A DNA stretch of 64,000 bases from an uncultured Chloroflexia bacterium. GTDB lineage: Bacteria > Chloroflexota > Limnocylindria > Limnocylindrales > CSP1-4. A model generated the notes under the pieces. That model had not been told where the DNA came from. It did not search any database and saw nothing but the letters and a program-made list of their open reading frames with translations. The position numbers were made by a program, and so were the translations under genes. This document shows, piece after piece, positions 7,636 to 16,635 of this stretch. Where the stretch lies: the NCBI GenBank assembly GCA_963834915.1, contig CAWIDI010000004.1:146562-210561 (forward strand), given 5' to 3'. How positions within the stretch are numbered: position 1 is the stretch's first letter; every line of letters starts with the position of its first letter.

Positions 7636-10600
7636 GCGACGACCAGGCAGGTCACGACCACCGCGACGGTCAGCAGGCCGAGCTGCAGCCCCGACCAGGC
7701 GATGGCCTGGTTGCGGTCGATCTTGCTGACCGGGAACTGGAACGCGTACAGGTAGGTCGGCAGGATGCCCTGGTACGCGTTGACGAGGGCCGAGGGCAGC
7801 GGCAGCGCCGCGATGTTCGGGTAGAGGATCACGAACCAGGCGACCGCCGCGGTCAGGAACCCCACGACGTAGCGCCGCGGGTCCATGCCCGCGATCGCGC
7901 CCATCGCCAGGTAGGCGAGCGGGATGGCCGCCACGAGGACGATGGGCTCGACCGGGATGTTGGTCAGGGTCAGGATGGCCGTCTCCGGGAGCAGCGACGC
8001 CGCGACGAAGGCCGCGACGACGACCAGGCCCAGCAGCCCGAAGGAGCGGATGGCGTTGCGATCGAGGCCGTCGCCCTCCGCGTCGCCGACCGCGATGATC
8101 GCGCGGATCAGGAAGAAGAGCCCGACGACGGCCGCCACGGCGAGCCCCGCGGTCTGGGCGGTCAGCACGAAGCTGGGGATGACCGCCGGGCAGGCCTGCG
8201 AGCCGGGATTCACCGATTCGACCCCGACGATGGCGCACAGCGGCCGGCTGAAGAGCCACATCGCGGCGGGCAGCAGGATGGCGGCGGCGCCGACGAGGCG
8301 GGCCAGCCGCCAGGTCGCCTGCGATGCCCCGTGCCACAGCTCCGCCATGAAGTAGGCCAGGGCCGCCACCACGAACGGCAGCGCCGTGTAGTAGTGGTAC
8401 TGGAATGCCGCGCGATCGATGCGGGCCCACGGGATCCACTGCGCCGCGAAGCCGACGGCGATCAGCGTCAGCGCGAGGCTCCGGCGACGGAACGCCATCA
8501 CGCTCACGAAGAGCAGCGCGGGCACGCCCATCCACCAGATGACGAGGTTGCCCGCGTCGTAGAGCGCGGCCGCGGTCCCGGCCCCCAATCCCTCCTGGTA
8601 GAACCAGACGGGCTTGAGGTCGAGCGGCCAGGCCCACCACGGCGACGACGCCGGGTGCGGCGCGGTCAGCCCGTTGTGGTAGGCGTACATCGACTGCGTC
8701 AGCTCGAGCAGGGTCTGCCCGGTGTGGCCCGGCGGCCACGTCGAGGTGATCCGGTGGCCTTCGACCAGCGCCCACGGGATGTACGAGACCACGTAGACGG
8801 CGAGGGGTACGGCAAGGAGGCAGAAGGCGGCCCACGCGATCGGGATCCCGAACGCCCAGCCCGGTCGGAGCCAGCCCTCGGCCGGCGGCGCCGGCGGCTC
8901 GAGACGGCGAGCGGGATCGGCGGGACCCGGCGGCGCGGCGAGCGGTCCCCAGCCGCCACGCCCGGCGAGCGTGAAGACGATGTAGATCGCGACCGACGAC
9001 AGCGCGAGCAGCACGGCGGCCCGGATCGGCGTCAGCGCGAAGCCACCGACGACGACCTGGGCGTCGAGCGCCCCCAGGCCCAGCGCCCCGAAGAAGACCG
9101 CCGCCCCGAGCGCGCTCGGGGCGAGCACGGCCAGCCACATCTCCTCGTCGGTCCAGGCCATGGGATGGAGGACTGCCGCGACGACGGCGACGAGGGTCAG
9201 CGCGACCATCACCAGCAGGAACGTGAGATTCCCGATGCCGCTGCCCTCCGGCACCGTGATCGCCATGTAGCCGAGGACGCAGGTGAGCCCGATGAGGCCG
9301 ATGATCGCCACGACCCGGCCGAGGGCGCTCCGGGCGAGGATCAGCAGGGCGAGGCCGCCGATGGCATAGAGCGCCACCCACTTGCTCGCCAGCGCCAGCC
9401 CGAGCAGCACGCCGATCACCGGCATGGCGGCCCAGAACGCCCATGTCGAGCGCCACCAGCCCGTCCAGATCGCGGCAAAGAGCGTGTACGCGGCCACGAT
9501 GAACAGCCCGACGTAGACGTCGTTCATCCCGATCCGCGACTGCACGAAGAACATCCCATCGATGAGCACGAAGAGCCCGGTCAGGACCGCGATCAGCCGG
9601 CGTCGGAACAGGATCCGCATCAGGAGATAGAGGAAGACAGCCGTCAGCGCGCCGGCGATGACGCCGGGGAGGCGCCACGCGAACGCGTGCGAGCCCATGT
9701 CGATCGAGGCCATCGAGCCGGAGCCGTCGAAGACCAGCAGCTCCTGGCGGTCGGTCGCCGGGTAGTCGGCGTTCACGTCGGCGGCCAACGCGACCGGGAT
9801 GTAGCCGGCCCCGAGGCGCGCGTCAGCGAAGACCGCGTTCCCGTGCGGCTCGATGACATAGACGGTCCACGCGGGGTCCGATCCCGTCGCGGGCGGCGGC
9901 TCGAAGGTGCCCGGCGTCGTCGGGGCGTGGCCCAGGATGTGGACCATCTGGCTCGCGGGGTCGTAGACGACCTTGGTGCCGAGGCCGGGCAGCGGGTGGG
10001 TGCCGACGTCGACCGGGCCGCCGGCCGCGGGGTCGCCCGCGATGGCCAGGACGTGATAGTTCGGGCTGGCCGCGTCGCCGGACGTGACGTAGAGCTTCGG
10101 ATCGTCGACACCGTCCATGTAGGCGAGGCCGTGGGCGCCGCCGGTCATCGCGAGTGTCGAGATCGTCGACGCGGTCGCGGGATCGACGAAGGTCACGCCG
10201 GCGCTGGTCGCGGCCGCGATCCGCGGCAGGTCCTGGATCTCCATGCCGGCCAGCCGGCCATCGCTGATCGCGGCCTGGACCTTGTCGCGCGTCTCCTTGT
10301 CGCCGGGCGGTGCCACGACCACGGTCGGGCCAGGTCCGGTCAGTGTGGCCTCGTAGGCGGCGGCGTCCCCGTCGAGCAGTCCGGCCAGGACCTCCGCGGC
10401 CGCGGACGGATCCGGGACGTCGGCCACGGTCGCGACGATCGCCGCCCCGCTCCCGCCATCGGCGATGTCGACGAGCCCCGCCAGGTCCATCCCGCCCACG
10501 AGCGTCCCGGCCGTGAGATCGAGGATGTCGAGGTGGTCGCCCTCACCGACGGCGAGTGTCGCGCCGTCGTCGCTGGCATGGAGCAGATCGACGGGCCCGC

Positions 10601-12980
10601 CGACGGTGGCCAGTAGCGCCGGGGTCACGCCCGCCGCCGTCGCATCCGGGCCGATGGCCGCAAGCTCGAGTGTCGCGAGCCGGCCGTCGCCGTAGCCGAG
10701 GACCAGCCGCAGCCCGGAGGTGTCGATCGCGAGGGCCGTGACACCCGGGGCCGGGATCGTCGAGATCAGCGCGCGGGATCGCAGGTCGTAGGTCCGGATC
10801 TCGCTCCCGGTCGCGATGTGCAGGCGCTCGCCGGCCCGGCCCCCCACCACGGCCTCGTCGATCCGCCTCGGTTCGACCGCGGCGGCCACGACCGGCACGC
10901 CCAGCTCGCTCGTCGCCTTGACCTCGTCCTGGCCCCACGCGACGAGGCCGAGGGCCATCGCGTACTTCGCGAGGTGCGGGTGGGTCCACTCGTAGACGTC
11001 GTGCGACAGCCCATAGCGCCACGCCTGCAGGAACTCCGTCGCCGTGCGGGCGTGGTAGACCTCGTCGAAGTGCATCTGGTACGGCTCGGCCAGCCGGAAG
11101 GTCCGCAGGGTCATCGTGGCCAGCACGAGGACCACCAGGAACCACAGATCGAGCCGGTCCAGGCGGCCGCCGCGTTCGCCGAGGAGCGACCGGCTGCGGT
11201 CCGCGCGGATCGGCCGGTCGCCGAGCCGCTCCCGGAACCACGGGACGAGGCCCAGCTCCAGCATCGACCGCCGGCGCGACCAGGTCGGCATCCGCGCACC
11301 TGCGGGCGCGGCCGCGCCGCCGGCCTCCGTCCCGGCGACCGTGGTGGGGAGCGAGGGCGCAGCCGCCGGGGCCGTCCCGCCGAGCGCGGCGACCGCCGCG
11401 GCCGTCACGTCCGGCCTCACCGCCCGCGGCGGGTCCCAGCCCACCGTGCCGGGCGGCGTGGGATCGAAAGCGGGGGCCCGGGTCGGGGGCGCCGCAGGCG
11501 ACGCTTTCTCGTCGGTCACGTCGCCGGGACGCTCCGAGGCGGCCGCAAGATCCATCGCAAGGCGCGATCGCGCGCTGCCGCGCAGCTGGAGCATGGCCCA
11601 CACGAAGACGATCGTGAACGCGAGCGCCACGACGGCGATCGCCGGTTCGGACTTGAGCGCCGGTCCGATCCCCAGCCAGTCGACGATGGACGGGTTGTCC
11701 GGGATGAGCACGACCAGGACGACGTACATGTTCGCGAGCAGTCCGAGCGTCGACACGACGTACGCGGGCCGCCAGCGCGGCGAGATCGCGGCGAGGATGA
11801 TCCCGACCGCGAAGAACGGGTAGACGTAGCGCTCGTGGACGCGGGTCGGCAGCAGGAAGAAGGCCAGGGACAGGACCGTCAGGGAGACGAGCAGCGTCAG
11901 GGGATCCGGCCGTCGCCAGGCCACGACGAGGACGATCGCGATCCCGGCGAGCAGCAGGAGCGTCCCCACGACGATCGCCGGGATCGGCCCGAACGTCGCG
12001 GTCCCGGACCCGCACACCTCGGCGCCCAGCGGGAGGTCGCAGACCCACAGGCCGCTGTTGGCGAGGCTGTAGCCCGTGTCCCCCGGCAGGAGCGCCCAGG
12101 GGTTGAAGGCGTTGACCGTAAGGTACGGATAGGTGCCACCCGCGGTCAGGAGCTGCCGGACGAGGCCGTCCGGCCCCATCCCGAACGGCAGGGCTAGCAG
12201 GATGGCCGTTCCCAGGCCGACGACCCCGGTCGTCAGGATGCGGATCGGGTGTCCCGTCTCGACCTCGTCGCCGTAGCCCCCCTTCGGGCGCAACGCGCGA
12301 CGGATCGTCACGATGGCGACCAGCGGCACCAGGATGCCCAGCTGCGGCTTGATGATCGCGGCGACGACCGTCCAGACGGCCGCGCGCTCCGGACGGTCGC
12401 GCCACAGCTCCCGCAGGCCGAGCAGCATGAACACGACGCCGAACGAGTCGACCTGCCCCCAGACGACGCTGTCGAACCAGCTGATCGGGTTCAGGACGGC
12501 GACGAAGGCGGCCGCCAGGGCGATTCGCTCGCGGCCGCCGAGCTCGCGGATCATCGACCAGACGAGCCAGCCGATCGCGAGGTCGGCGATGACCGGCGGG
12601 ACCTTGATCAGCTCGACGCTGACGCCGCCGAACGCGTTGCCGACGATCCCCACCAGCCACAGCACGTACATGTAGCCGGGCGTGTAGTCGTGGAGGAAGT
12701 CGCGGTCGTAGAAGCCCCACGGCCCGTGGTTCGCGAGCTCCGACGCCCAGAATTGGAAGGCTCCCAGGTCGTTGTGGAGGCCGGACCCAGGGAGCAGGTA
12801 TGCGATGATGAGTCGAAGGGCGAGCCCGAGCGCGAGGACGATCAGGACCGCGCCGACGGCTCCCTGCGTCCCGGTCGACCGCGACGGCGCTGCTGTGCCT
12901 CGCTCGGACCCCCCGGATGCGGGGCCAGTCACCGGGAACGGCTCCTGCACGAGCGTGGAAGGTGGATCTGAGCGTAGCAC
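7545..12980 (-). CDS. 1811-aa polytopic membrane protein: fusion of two GT-C-type glycosyltransferase modules with a large extracytoplasmic insert
   Basis: The ORF is uninterrupted.
- N-module (about aa 40-470): DYTPGYMYVLW and TRVHERYVYPFF motifs, ALG6/ALG8- or Gpi18-like.
- Linker: Pro/Ala-rich.
- C-module: PMT-like (MHFDEVYHARTATEF loop-1 acidic motif) with a PMT C-terminal 4-TM-like end (YHNGLTAPHPASSPWWAWPLDLKPVWFYQ).
- Insert: about 430 aa, soluble and repeat-like, between TM1 and TM2 of the PMT module.

The exact start is uncertain because 12980 overlaps the divergent gene. Confidence 0.8.
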   Translation of the reverse strand: MLRSDPPSTLVQEPFPVTGPASGGSERGTAAPSRSTGTQGAVGAVLIVLALGLALRLIIAYLLPGSGLHNDLGAFQFWASELANHGPWGFYDRDFLHDYTPGYMYVLWLVGIVGNAFGGVSVELIKVPPVIADLAIGWLVWSMIRELGGRERIALAAAFVAVLNPISWFDSVVWGQVDSFGVVFMLLGLRELWRDRPERAAVWTVVAAIIKPQLGILVPLVAIVTIRRALRPKGGYGDEVETGHPIRILTTGVVGLGTAILLALPFGMGPDGLVRQLLTAGGTYPYLTVNAFNPWALLPGDTGYSLANSGLWVCDLPLGAEVCGSGTATFGPIPAIVVGTLLLLAGIAIVLVVAWRRPDPLTLLVSLTVLSLAFFLLPTRVHERYVYPFFAVGIILAAISPRWRPAYVVSTLGLLANMYVVLVVLIPDNPSIVDWLGIGPALKSEPAIAVVALAFTIVFVWAMLQLRGSARSRLAMDLAAASERPGDVTDEKASPAAPPTRAPAFDPTPPGTVGWDPPRAVRPDVTAAAVAALGGTAPAAAPSLPTTVAGTEAGGAAAPAGARMPTWSRRRSMLELGLVPWFRERLGDRPIRADRSRSLLGERGGRLDRLDLWFLVVLVLATMTLRTFRLAEPYQMHFDEVYHARTATEFLQAWRYGLSHDVYEWTHPHLAKYAMALGLVAWGQDEVKATSELGVPVVAAAVEPRRIDEAVVGGRAGERLHIATGSEIRTYDLRSRALISTIPAPGVTALAIDTSGLRLVLGYGDGRLATLELAAIGPDATAAGVTPALLATVGGPVDLLHASDDGATLAVGEGDHLDILDLTAGTLVGGMDLAGLVDIADGGSGAAIVATVADVPDPSAAAEVLAGLLDGDAAAYEATLTGPGPTVVVAPPGDKETRDKVQAAISDGRLAGMEIQDLPRIAAATSAGVTFVDPATASTISTLAMTGGAHGLAYMDGVDDPKLYVTSGDAASPNYHVLAIAGDPAAGGPVDVGTHPLPGLGTKVVYDPASQMVHILGHAPTTPGTFEPPPATGSDPAWTVYVIEPHGNAVFADARLGAGYIPVALAADVNADYPATDRQELLVFDGSGSMASIDMGSHAFAWRLPGVIAGALTAVFLYLLMRILFRRRLIAVLTGLFVLIDGMFFVQSRIGMNDVYVGLFIVAAYTLFAAIWTGWWRSTWAFWAAMPVIGVLLGLALASKWVALYAIGGLALLILARSALGRVVAIIGLIGLTCVLGYMAITVPEGSGIGNLTFLLVMVALTLVAVVAAVLHPMAWTDEEMWLAVLAPSALGAAVFFGALGLGALDAQVVVGGFALTPIRAAVLLALSSVAIYIVFTLAGRGGWGPLAAPPGPADPARRLEPPAPPAEGWLRPGWAFGIPIAWAAFCLLAVPLAVYVVSYIPWALVEGHRITSTWPPGHTGQTLLELTQSMYAYHNGLTAPHPASSPWWAWPLDLKPVWFYQEGLGAGTAAALYDAGNLVIWWMGVPALLFVSVMAFRRRSLALTLIAVGFAAQWIPWARIDRAAFQYHYYTALPFVVAALAYFMAELWHGASQATWRLARLVGAAAILLPAAMWLFSRPLCAIVGVESVNPGSQACPAVIPSFVLTAQTAGLAVAAVVGLFFLIRAIIAVGDAEGDGLDRNAIRSFGLLGLVVVAAFVAASLLPETAILTLTNIPVEPIVLVAAIPLAYLAMGAIAGMDPRRYVVGFLTAAVAWFVILYPNIAALPLPSALVNAYQGILPTYLYAFQFPVSKIDRNQAIAWSGLQLGLLTVAVVVTCLVVAYSTSVWRLSLASGEPAPDDTDSLARTGGA

Positions 12981-14527
12981 AGGGTCGTCGCGCGGACCCC
13001 TCGCATCTGGCGCCGGCCCTCGCGGTCGGCGTCGTCGCGTTCGTCCTGGCGCGCGTCGCGCTGCTGCCCGGCGTCACGTTCTGGGACACCGGGGAGTTCC
13101 AGGTCGTCGGCCCGGTCATGGGCACGGCCCACCCAACGGGCTTCCCGACCTACGTGCTGCTGGGCTGGCTCGCCTCGGTGGTCTTCGCGCCGTTCGGCGA
13201 CCCGGCGTTCCGGATGAACCTCCTGTCGGCGGTCTGCCTCGGTGTGGCTGCCGCCGTCACCGTCGACCTGGTCCGGACGCTCACGCGCTCGGTGGCCCTC
13301 GGGGTCGCCGGCGGCCTGGCCCTCGCACTCACGCCGATCGCCTGGTCGATCGGCACGCACGCCGACCCGCACGTCCTGCACCTCACGCTCGTGGCGATCC
13401 TGCTCCGCCTGCTCGTCGGCTGGGACGACCGCGTCCGCGGCGAGGGCCGATCGTGGTCGGCGAGGGACCCGCACGCCGACCGCTGGCTGGTCGCGTCGGC
13501 CGTCGTCTTCGGGCTGGCGGTGGGCAATCACTCGCTGACGCTCCTCCTGGCCCTGCCGGTCGGGCTGTACGTGCTGGCCGTCGAGCCGGGGATCGTCCGG
13601 CGACCGCGGCTGATCCTGGGCTGTCTCGTCGCCCTCGTGGCGACGATCGTCATCGTTTATCTCGAGCTGCCGCTCCGTGCCGGCCCCTTCCGCGCGCCAC
13701 TCGTCTACGGCCGACCTGAGACGTGGGAGGGCTTCTGGTATGTGGTGCTGGCCGAGCAGTTCCGCGGCAGCCTGCAGAACCCGCTCGGCGACATCGCCGG
13801 CAAAGTGGCCGCGCTGGTGCGCCTGACCGTCGCCGAGTTCGGCATCCTGGCGCCGGTCATCCCGATCGCCTTCGTCATCACCGCGCTCCGCCGGCCGCGC
13901 TACGCGCTGCTCACCGGCTCGGCGGTGCTCATCACCTGCGTCTTCGCCGCGTCCTACGTGAACGCGGATATCTCGCGCTACTACCTCGGGCCGGTCCTGA
14001 TGGTCTGGACGTGGATCGCGATCCTCGGCGGGTTGCTGGTGGAGGCCGCCGCGGTCAGCAGCGGGGACTCCCTCCGCCGGCGGCCGACGGTCCACGCCGC
14101 GGTCGGGCTGCTCGTCGCGGTCGCGCTGCTGGCCCCGTCACTCCTCGCGGCGCGCGACACGTACCGGGCGGTCGACGTCAGCGGCGACCACAAGGCGGCC
14201 ATCTGGACGGACCGCGTCCTCGACCTCCTGGAGCCGGACGCCGTGGTCGTCAGCTGGTGGAGCTATTCGACGCCCCTGTGGTACGCGCAGATCGTCGAAG
14301 GACGGCGGCCTGATATCTTCATCGTCGACGACCGGACCCGCCTCGACGAGGGTCTCGGCAGTCTGACCGACGTCATCGACGCCAACCTCGCGATCCGGCC
14401 CGTCTACGTGATGCGCCAGGACCCGCGGGAGGTGGCGATGCTGATGGACCGCTATGACCTCGAGTACCTCACCTCGCCGGAGGACGGACTGTTGATGCAC
14501 GTGAAGGGGCGCCGGACGGCCGCATGA
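12917..14527 (+). CDS. DUF2723/TMEM260-like GT-C family membrane glycosyltransferase
   Basis: Contains GVTFWDTGEFQVVGPVMGTAHPTGFPTYVLLGWL...FRMNLLSAV, the DUF2723 signature as I recall it, and is multi-TM. The true start is probably GTG 12962 or later, because 12917 overlaps the divergent giant gene. Confidence 0.75.
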   Translation: MRGQSPGTAPARAWKVDLSVAQGRRADPSHLAPALAVGVVAFVLARVALLPGVTFWDTGEFQVVGPVMGTAHPTGFPTYVLLGWLASVVFAPFGDPAFRMNLLSAVCLGVAAAVTVDLVRTLTRSVALGVAGGLALALTPIAWSIGTHADPHVLHLTLVAILLRLLVGWDDRVRGEGRSWSARDPHADRWLVASAVVFGLAVGNHSLTLLLALPVGLYVLAVEPGIVRRPRLILGCLVALVATIVIVYLELPLRAGPFRAPLVYGRPETWEGFWYVVLAEQFRGSLQNPLGDIAGKVAALVRLTVAEFGILAPVIPIAFVITALRRPRYALLTGSAVLITCVFAASYVNADISRYYLGPVLMVWTWIAILGGLLVEAAAVSSGDSLRRRPTVHAAVGLLVAVALLAPSLLAARDTYRAVDVSGDHKAAIWTDRVLDLLEPDAVVVSWWSYSTPLWYAQIVEGRRPDIFIVDDRTRLDEGLGSLTDVIDANLAIRPVYVMRQDPREVAMLMDRYDLEYLTSPEDGLLMHVKGRRTAA

Positions 14528-15319
14528 CCACCGAGACCATCCCAGCGGCCGCGATCGAGCATTCGGCCCGCGTCGCCCGCCTCTCGTACTTCTTCCCGGC
14601 CCACAACGAGGAGGCGAACCTCGAGGGCCTGGTCGACGAGGCGCTCGCGACGTTGCCGCTGCTCGCGGAGACGTTCGAGATCATCGCGGTCGATGACGGA
14701 TCCCGCGACGCGACCCCGTCCATCGCCGACGACCTCGCCGCGCGCCACCCCGACATCGTCCGCGCCATCCACCACCCGACCAACCTCGGGTACGGCGCGG
14801 CGCTCCGCTCCGGTTTCGCCGCGTCCCGCTACGAGCTCGTGGCCTTCACCGACGGCGACCGCCAGTTCCACGTCACCGACATCGGGCGGCTGACCGAGCG
14901 CCTCGGCGCCGCGGACGCCCCGGATGTCGTGGTCGGGTTCCGGATCAAGCGCGCGGACCCGTTCATCCGCACCGCCTACGCGCGCGCCTACCGGCTCGCC
15001 AACCGGATCTTCTTCGGCCTCAAGGTCACCGACGTCGATTGCGCCTGCAAGCTCTTCCGGCGCGCGGCGCTGGAGGGGATCCACGTCGAATCGGACGGGG
15101 CGTTCTTCTCGGCGGAGCTGCTCGATCAAGCTCGGAGCCGCGGGCCGCACGATCGCCGAGGTCGGCGTGCCGCACTACCCGCGGACGGCCGGCTCCGCGA
15201 CCGGGGCCAAGCCATCGGTCATCGGCAAGGCCGTGCGCGACTTCTGGCGGCTGCGGCTCTACATGTGGGTGAACCGCTCGCGCTCGCTCCGTCGCGGGGC
15301 GCGCATCCTGGGCGACTGA
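14524..15319 (+). pseudogene. GT2 polyprenyl-phosphate sugar synthase-like glycosyltransferase (Ppm1/DPM1/GtrB-like), interrupted by an apparent 1-nt insertion near 15121-15124
   Basis: Frame 1 reads LSYFFPAHNEEANLE...IIAVDDGSRDAT...GAFFSAELL. The conserved C-terminus IKLGAAGRTIAEVGVPHYPRTAGSATGAKPSVI...ILGD continues in frame 2 to a stop at 15319. ATG 14524 overlaps the upstream stop (ATGA). Confidence 0.75.
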
Positions 15320-15327
15320 CCGGCCGG

Positions 15328-15888
15328 TCAGCTCTCCCGGCGGCTCTCGCCGCCCGGGTCCACGTCGAGCGAGTTCACGAAGTCGCGGAAGACGTCGAGC
15401 CGGGGGTCAACGAGCCCCTCGCCGGTCGTCTCGAGGGTCATCCCGGGTTCGCCCTCCTCGTCCTCGAAGGCGTCGTCGGCCCCGAGGCCGGCCAGCTCGA
15501 GCACCGCGGCCGCGGCGAAGATGCGCACCCCGGCGCGGACGGCCAGTGCCAGCGCGTCGGACGGCCGGGCGTCGATCTCGACGGTCCGGCCGACGCCAGC
15601 GACCACGAGACGGGCGTGGAAGGTCTCCTCGGTCAGGTCGGAGATGACGACCCGGTCGATCGCGACGCCCAGCTCCTCGAGGGTCGTCACGAACAGGTCG
15701 TGGGTGAGCGGCCGCTCCGGGGTCAGGCCCTGGAGCTTCATCGCGATCGCGCTGGCCTCCCACGGGCCGATCCAGATCGGGAGGTACCGCTCGCGCTCGG
15801 TCTCCTTGAGGATCACCACGTGGCGGCTGGACAGCATGTGGACGCGCACGCTCTCGACGACCATCTCGACCAGCTCGTCGTCCGGCAT
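15328..15888 (-). CDS. Bifunctional nuclease family protein (DUF151)
   Basis: The 186-aa ORF reads [32 protein letters not shown]...RPLTHDL...[19 protein letters not shown], the typical BFN pattern. Confidence 0.85.
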
Positions 15889-15895
15889 GACCCGA

Positions 15896-16622
15896 TTATC
15901 CCACGGTGGCCGGCGCCGCCGGCCGGCCCCGGCCGCCGCGCAGCGTGAGGACGAGGCGGGCGACGACGGCGCCGGCGACGAACCCGCCGATATGGGCGAA
16001 GAACGCCACCCCGCCGTTCGCCTCGACCATGCCGATCGAGGTCAGCCCGTCGATGAGCTGGAGCACGAACCAGAAGCCGAGCACGATGATCGCCGGGACG
16101 TCGATGAGCTGATAGAAGAAGCCCAGGAAGACCAGCGAGGTGATCCGCGCCCGTGGGAAGAACACGATGTACGCGCCGAGCGTCGCCGCGATCGCCCCCG
16201 ATGCGCCGATGGTCGGGATCTCCGAGTTCGGGGCCACGGCCACCTGGGCGAGCGCGGCCGCGACTCCGCCGGCGAGGTAGAAGACCAGGAAGGCGACGCG
16301 GCCCGAGGCGGTCCTCGATGTTGTTGGCGAAGATCCACAGGTAGAGCAGGTTGCCGACGAGGTGCAGCCAGCCGCCATGCAGGAACTGGCTGGTCAGCAG
16401 CGTCGCGGTCTCGATGCGAGAGGAAGTCGCCGTGGCCCCACGCCGCGGTCAGGTCGGACGGGCACGACGCCCCAGGCGGTGACGAAGTGCTCGAGCGCGG
16501 GCCTCGCCGCCGCTCGCGAGCAGGCCGAGCTCGTAGGCGAAGACCGCCACGCAGGCGATGACCAGCCCGATCGTGACCACCGGCGTCCGGCGCGTCGGGT
16601 TCGCGTCGCGCAGCGGGATCAC
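15896..16622 (-). pseudogene. Rhomboid-family intramembrane serine protease with four apparent 1-nt insertions
   Basis: The conserved protein is spread over successive +1 frames:
- VIPLRDANPTRRTPVVTIGLVIACVAVFAYELGLLASGGEA
- ALEHFVTAWGVVP
- [14 protein letters not shown]
- [38 protein letters not shown]
- [13 protein letters not shown]...[13 protein letters not shown]...[10 protein letters not shown]

The shifts lie near 16499, 16459, 16416 and 16301. Confidence 0.75.
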
Positions 16623-16635
16623 GGCCGGGCGACCC

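Noticed and set aside
8331-13125. Long antisense or alternative-frame ORFs inside the giant gene (8331..10616 +, 7582..9678 -, 10543..13125 -, 10818..12197 +)
   Set aside because: All are Arg/Gly/Pro/Asp-rich with no recognisable domains. The 1811-aa frame has membrane-protein composition and conserved GT-C motifs.
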